62,140 bases of DNA, from contig CAYVTD010000013.1 of the NCBI GenBank assembly GCA_964454445.1, positions 1 to 62,140 on the forward strand. The letters run 5' to 3'. The position numbers were made by a program, and so were the translations under genes. The number at the start of each line of letters is the position of its first letter. Within the stretch, counting starts at the first letter, position 1. The stretch is from an uncultured Hyphomicrobiales bacterium (lineage in GTDB: Bacteria > Bacteroidota > Ignavibacteria > Kapaibacteriales > UBA2268). The notes under the pieces are model-generated. The model did not search any database, was not told the origin of the DNA, and worked only from the letters and a program-made list of their open reading frames with translations. Shown in pieces: positions 57,540 through 62,140 of the stretch.

Positions 57540-58799
57540 TTAATGATTTTTCTCATAGACCTTACGTGCGCGTTCTTTGTATATTTTTTCTTTATCGTAA
57601 TTTCCAGATAATCCAAAAATCAAGCTCAGATTGACTAATGCGTCGTAATGGTTTGGTTCGAGATATAATGCTTTTTCGAAATACTCAGCAGCAAAATTTA
57701 CATCATTTATTGCATTGCAAAGCACTCCCATTAAATAAAATCCATTTGCATCACCGGGGAATTTTTTAATGTATAAACTACATTCTTCTTTTGCTTTGAT
57801 TATGCTGCCTGAATCGGCTAATCTCTGGATTTCATAAAGAGTGTCCTTTTCTTCGACAGTTTGAGTTAATGGCGGTGATAGTACTTCGTTTATTTTTTGG
57901 ATTTGCTTTGTTTCAGATTTTTCTTTTTTAATGGCAGGTCTCTGTTTTGGGTTAGGGTGAGTATGCGCTATTGCATTGAAAATAAATTCTTTCGTTTTTT
58001 TTATGTTATTGCTGTGGTTAGATTTTACCAAGGCAAACGAGCGTGGCTCTTTGACGCTAGAAAAACCTTGAGTTGTAAAGATAGGGATTTCTGTATGTCC
58101 GGCAAACAGTACTCCGTCGGGCTTAAGCAGCTGTCGAAGCTTGGTAATAGTTGCCAATCGGGCATCTTCATTTAAATAAATTAGTAAGTTTTTACAAAAA
58201 ATCACATCGTAATATTGATATTTTGATAGGAAATCCTCTTTTAAGATATTAGAATGAAAGAAATTTATTTGGTTTTTTATATTATTGTTAATAAAATAAT
58301 TACCTTCTTTTTCTTTGAAGTAATGATAAACAAAAGTCTCGATAAATGGACGAAATGAAGCTTTTCCGAAGCTCCCTTCTTTTGCTTTTTCAATATTCTT
58401 TTTACTTATATCAAGAGCATCTATACTAAATCTATCTGTAGGCAATCCTGCTTCAAACAATGAAATTGCAATGGAATATGGCTCTTCGCCCGTGGAGCAG
58501 GGAGCGGATAAAATCCGCACTTTTGCAGGATAGAGTAAACGCTTTGTAATAATGAACTTTTTTAGATAGTCGAACGGTCCCCTATCGCGAAAAAACCAAG
58601 TTTCGGGGACTGTTATTTCTTCTATTAATTGCTCAAATTCTTTCTCCCGGAGGACAAGTAATTCAGAATACTGCTGCTCTGACATTAAAAAATGGCTTGC
58701 AGCTCGACTGACGGCGGCTTCGATTGTCCTTCTTCCAATGGATTCAGGTGCCAAGCCGGTTTCTGTAGCGAGCAGTATTTCTATTTCGTTTATATCCAA
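57540..58799 (-). CDS. cheR: CheR-type protein-glutamate O-methyltransferase with C-terminal TPR repeats
   Basis: TWFFRD, LSAPCSTGEEPYSIAI and the SAM-binding region, followed by a TPR-like helical C-terminus. Confidence 0.8.
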   Translation of the reverse strand: MDINEIEILLATETGLAPESIGRRTIEAAVSRAASHFLMSEQQYSELLVLREKEFEQLIEEITVPETWFFRDRGPFDYLKKFIITKRLLYPAKVRILSAPCSTGEEPYSIAISLFEAGLPTDRFSIDALDISKKNIEKAKEGSFGKASFRPFIETFVYHYFKEKEGNYFINNNIKNQINFFHSNILKEDFLSKYQYYDVIFCKNLLIYLNEDARLATITKLRQLLKPDGVLFAGHTEIPIFTTQGFSSVKEPRSFALVKSNHSNNIKKTKEFIFNAIAHTHPNPKQRPAIKKEKSETKQIQKINEVLSPPLTQTVEEKDTLYEIQRLADSGSIIKAKEECSLYIKKFPGDANGFYLMGVLCNAINDVNFAAEYFEKALYLEPNHYDALVNLSLIFGLSGNYDKEKIYKERARKVYEKNH

Positions 58800-59008
58800 T
58801 GATATATGTAATAATTATTAAATGAATTATAACCATTGTATTTTGAGAAATTTATGATTAACAAAATTATTAAAAAGCTGAGAAAGTGCAAAAAATGTAT
58901 TGAAATTTTGATACAATATTAAATATTACTAAATTGATTTTAATAATTTTGCGATATAAATATTGAAATAAGGCATTAGTTCTCGTAATAATTTTAATAA
59001 TTTAAGAA

Positions 59009-61768
59009 ATGACTATCGACAGAGCAGAGCTACTTGATACATTAAGGGAAAGATTTGGTCATTCAGAATTTCGAAGTGGGCAGGAAGAGATAATACTGAA
59101 TGTTCTCGCATCGCAAGATACCCTAGTAGTTATGCCAACAGGAGGCGGTAAGTCATTATGCTACCAGTTGCCAGCTCTTTTTATGGAGGGTACTGCTATT
59201 GTAGTTTCTCCATTGATTGCATTGATGGCAGACCAGTGCTTAAGCTTGCAAAATAGGGGTATTCCTGCAGCTTTTATCAATTCGACAATGAGTTCCGACG
59301 AGATTAGTGAGACTGTTTTCAAATGTTATAACGGTTTTTATAAGCTTATTTACATAGCTCCAGAGCGCCTTGAAAACAATAGATTCATCGAGCAGATGAA
59401 AGGCTTTAATATTTCGTTTGTAGCTGTTGATGAGGCACATTGTATATCTGAATGGGGACATGATTTCCGTCCTTCATATTTAAAAATTACTAGTGTAATC
59501 GAGACAGTTGGACGCTTTCCAATCATTGCATTAACTGCTACGGCAACCCCGGAAGTGCAAGAAGATATTATAAAACAATTAAAATTAAGGGACCCGCAAA
59601 GCTTTATCAAAGGTTTTGACAGACCAAACCTAAGCTATATAACAGAGCTTTGCAGAGAAAAACTTGTTCGTATCAAAGAGATCTATGATGAAGACCCAAG
59701 CGGCTCAACGATTATCTATTGTGGCACTCGCAAGCGTGTCGATGAGATAAGCGAAGGTTTGCAAATGGCTAAGCTAAAAGTAGTTGCCTATCACGCTGGA
59801 ATGGAGGATTATCTTCGAAAACGTTCGCAAGATCAGTTCACTTCAGGCGAAGCAAAAATAATTGTTGCTACAAATGCTTTTGGGATGGGTGTTGATAAGC
59901 CTGATGTCAGGAATTTAATCCATATTGATTTTACAACTACTCTCGAAGAATATTATCAAGAGGCGGGCAGAGCTGGTAGAGATGGACTACCATCGAAATG
60001 TTATTTACTATTTAATAACTCAGATAAATATTTGCCTCGATATTTTATTAAAAATACTTTTCCAAATAAAGAAGATATTCGAGAAGTATATGATGCCTTA
60101 TACGACATTCATCAAACAGCAACAGGTAATATTCCAAACAAGCCAATATATCTCAACAGCTTCGAAATTGGCAATAAATTGAAAATTAGTCAGAGCATTG
60201 TCGAATCCTGTATGAAATTGTTTATTAGAGAGGGGATAATACGACGTGGGCAATCTTCTCCATCAGCCAAAATACAATTTCTTGCTGATAAAGACAGGAT
60301 TACACAGTATTTCGATAATTTGCCGCAAGAAAAAAAACGGGTTCTGGAAGCTTTTTTGCGCAGTGTGTCAAGAGAGGCATTTAGGAAATCCGTTAGTTTC
60401 GATTATTGGGGAATGAAACTAAAGCACAAAATCAGTGATGAAGATATTAATGATGCTGTTCGTAACTTCGAGTTTGCTCAAATTTTACATTTTGACCCTC
60501 CAGAAAAGGAAAATGGTATAGTAATTATAAAAGAGAGAATGGCATCAGACAAGATGCCTATTGATTTCAAGGAATTTTATAAACGCCGAAGTCGTGCTTA
60601 TGAAAAGCTTGGTTTAGTTTTTGGTTATGCAGAAACTTTTGAGTGCAAAAGGAACTACATTTTAAATTATTTTAACGAAACAGATGTCCGAGGGGCTTGC
60701 GGCAGGTGCAGTTCCTGTAATAGCAAGATACCGGCAAAAAAAACTCAACGAAATGATTATTTGTTGCACAAAGTTCTCGAAGGGGCTGCAGAAATCAGGG
60801 GGCTTTATGGAAGAAGGATTCTTGCATCAGTTCTTCAAGGGAAAAAAATAAAAAAAGTTACTAATTTTGGTTTGGAAAATTCTAGTATTTTTGCTATTGC
60901 CTCTAATTTTTCATTAAGCGAAATTAATGAACAAATCGATAATGCATTGGAAAGAAAACTGTTGATAATATCTGGTGGGCTTTTTCCGAAGGTTGTTATA
61001 AGCGAAAAAGGAAGACAGCTTTTGTTAGGATATAAATTAGATTATAAAAATGTTTTAATCGAAAAACCACTTAACAAAGGAAATGGCACTCAGCTAATTC
61101 CACAAAAAGAGGATAGAATATTAGAAAATCTCAATCAGCAAAAACTTTACGAAATTCTTAATACAATTAGACACGAAATTGCTTATAAAGAAGTTCAAAC
61201 ACCATTGTCTCTTGTTTCTGACCTAAGTTTGCGTAAGATGTCGGAATATATGCCTGTTACTCTTGAAGATATGGTCGAAGAAACAAATTGCAGCTATGAA
61301 TTTGCAAAAAATTTTGGAAAGAGATTTATAGAAGCCATATCATTATTTAAAAAAGAAGTATTGGAACATAAAACTAAAGAGTTACAAAAATTATCAAGAA
61401 CGATAATCAAAACAGAAAAAACACAAATAGAGGAAAACCCCATAATAAAACTTTCTGAAGAATCAATAAAAGCTATCGAACACAATAAATCTGGCTTCAC
61501 TCTTGCCCAATCAGCCCATTTATTAGGTATAAGCGAAGGAAAAACTGCTTTGTTATTGCAGGATTGCATAGAGAATGGATACGAAATAAGCATACGTAAC
61601 TACGTAACACGCGAGGATTTTACAAAAGTACATCTATTCATTAAATCACACCTATCTGCAACACTTAGCGAAATCAAAGACGCAACAAACATAAATTATG
61701 GTTTCCCTGTAATTAGAGTTTTAAGTGCTTATTCAAAGTACCACTTAAATAAAATAAAAAAACCATAA
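59009..61768 (+). CDS. recQ: ATP-dependent DNA helicase RecQ (long form with extra C-terminal HRDC/wHTH-like region)
   Basis: RSGQEEII, PTGGGKSLCYQLPA, DEAH box (VDEAHCISEWGHDFRP) and the zinc-binding 4-Cys region (CxxC...CxxC). 919 aa, against about 600-700 for canonical RecQ. Confidence 0.9.
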   Translation: MTIDRAELLDTLRERFGHSEFRSGQEEIILNVLASQDTLVVMPTGGGKSLCYQLPALFMEGTAIVVSPLIALMADQCLSLQNRGIPAAFINSTMSSDEISETVFKCYNGFYKLIYIAPERLENNRFIEQMKGFNISFVAVDEAHCISEWGHDFRPSYLKITSVIETVGRFPIIALTATATPEVQEDIIKQLKLRDPQSFIKGFDRPNLSYITELCREKLVRIKEIYDEDPSGSTIIYCGTRKRVDEISEGLQMAKLKVVAYHAGMEDYLRKRSQDQFTSGEAKIIVATNAFGMGVDKPDVRNLIHIDFTTTLEEYYQEAGRAGRDGLPSKCYLLFNNSDKYLPRYFIKNTFPNKEDIREVYDALYDIHQTATGNIPNKPIYLNSFEIGNKLKISQSIVESCMKLFIREGIIRRGQSSPSAKIQFLADKDRITQYFDNLPQEKKRVLEAFLRSVSREAFRKSVSFDYWGMKLKHKISDEDINDAVRNFEFAQILHFDPPEKENGIVIIKERMASDKMPIDFKEFYKRRSRAYEKLGLVFGYAETFECKRNYILNYFNETDVRGACGRCSSCNSKIPAKKTQRNDYLLHKVLEGAAEIRGLYGRRILASVLQGKKIKKVTNFGLENSSIFAIASNFSLSEINEQIDNALERKLLIISGGLFPKVVISEKGRQLLLGYKLDYKNVLIEKPLNKGNGTQLIPQKEDRILENLNQQKLYEILNTIRHEIAYKEVQTPLSLVSDLSLRKMSEYMPVTLEDMVEETNCSYEFAKNFGKRFIEAISLFKKEVLEHKTKELQKLSRTIIKTEKTQIEENPIIKLSEESIKAIEHNKSGFTLAQSAHLLGISEGKTALLLQDCIENGYEISIRNYVTREDFTKVHLFIKSHLSATLSEIKDATNINYGFPVIRVLSAYSKYHLNKIKKP

Positions 61769-62019
61769 TCTATAGTTATCCTAAAATTATAAACAACAAT
61801 CAATATATATTTTGAAATAATAAAAAAATAAAGAAACCTTATTTTTTTTTCAAATTATTTTCGTAAATTTTGTAACAAAACACAAATAATTTTGTTATTA
61901 TATTAAAATTTGGAAACATTATTAATAAAAAAATGAATTTATAGTGAAAAATTAATGACTATCAGTATTTTTTACCATACAAATGTGTTTTTTCTGCGTT
62001 AATAATTTGGAGGATCTTA

Positions 62020-62140
62020 TGAAAAAGCTATTTTTACTTTTATTTTGCTTTGTTTTTCTGACCTTTTTTTATGCGCCAGTTCAAGTGCAAGCACAGCAAA
62101 ACCAGGTGGATATAAAAAATATCCGGGAGACTTTGCCTAA
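62020..62140 (+). CDS. Start of a secreted protein (3' truncated by the window end)
   Basis: GGAGG Shine-Dalgarno 6 nt upstream of the ATG. MKKLFLLLFCFVFLTFFYAPVQVQAQ is a signal peptide. Confidence 0.4.

Noticed and set aside
1-62140. Search for tRNA, rRNA, tmRNA, CRISPR arrays, transposases, integrases and restriction-modification genes
   Set aside because: No T-arm GGTTCGA-type motifs in acceptor-stem context were found. No rRNA-like conserved stretches. No regularly spaced repeats. No DDE transposase, tyrosine recombinase or methyltransferase/endonuclease motifs in any ORF. The window looks like core chromosome.

Overview
This is a 62 kb AT-rich chromosomal segment from an FCB-group (Bacteroidota-like) bacterium. 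The phylum call rests on two secreted proteins that carry type IX secretion (T9SS) C-terminal sorting domains. Most gene starts are preceded by Shine-Dalgarno-like GGAGG/AGGA motifs, so it is probably not a classical Bacteroidia. The GC content is roughly 35-40% by eye, not computed. About 50 genes are present, mostly envelope and housekeeping functions, including truA, cysS, engB, gmhA, lpxK, an LptF/LptG-family permease, ygiQ, recQ, a purine nucleoside phosphorylase, a flotillin/NfeD pair, an OPT transporter, a CheR-TPR methyltransferase and several OmpA-family proteins. I found no rRNA, tRNA, CRISPR array, transposase or integrase. The most interesting content is a set of envelope-spanning candidates. 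(i) A large inner-membrane-anchored protein with a GldM/PorM-like N-terminus and a GC-rich Gly/Pro-repeat tail is followed by two paralogous outer-membrane proteins (periplasmic domain plus beta-barrel) and a vWA-OmpA protein, at 15.2-22.6 kb. (ii) A second, paralogous GldM-like protein is paired with a GldL/PorL-like protein that has two TM helices and a TM2 glutamate, at 41.3-43.6 kb. It sits beside LptF/G and a heparinase II/III-like gene, with no gldK/gldN. (iii) A tightly coupled ACP / SDR / adenylate-forming ligase / AAC(3)-like / unknown cassette lies at 3.5-7.9 kb. (iv) A translationally coupled small barrel plus a ComEA-like HhH domain fused to an outer-membrane barrel lies at 29.9-32.7 kb. 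(v) A nested inverted-repeat element lies upstream of a lipoprotein gene, at 26.07-26.21 kb. All family assignments are from motif reading by eye; no database search was run.
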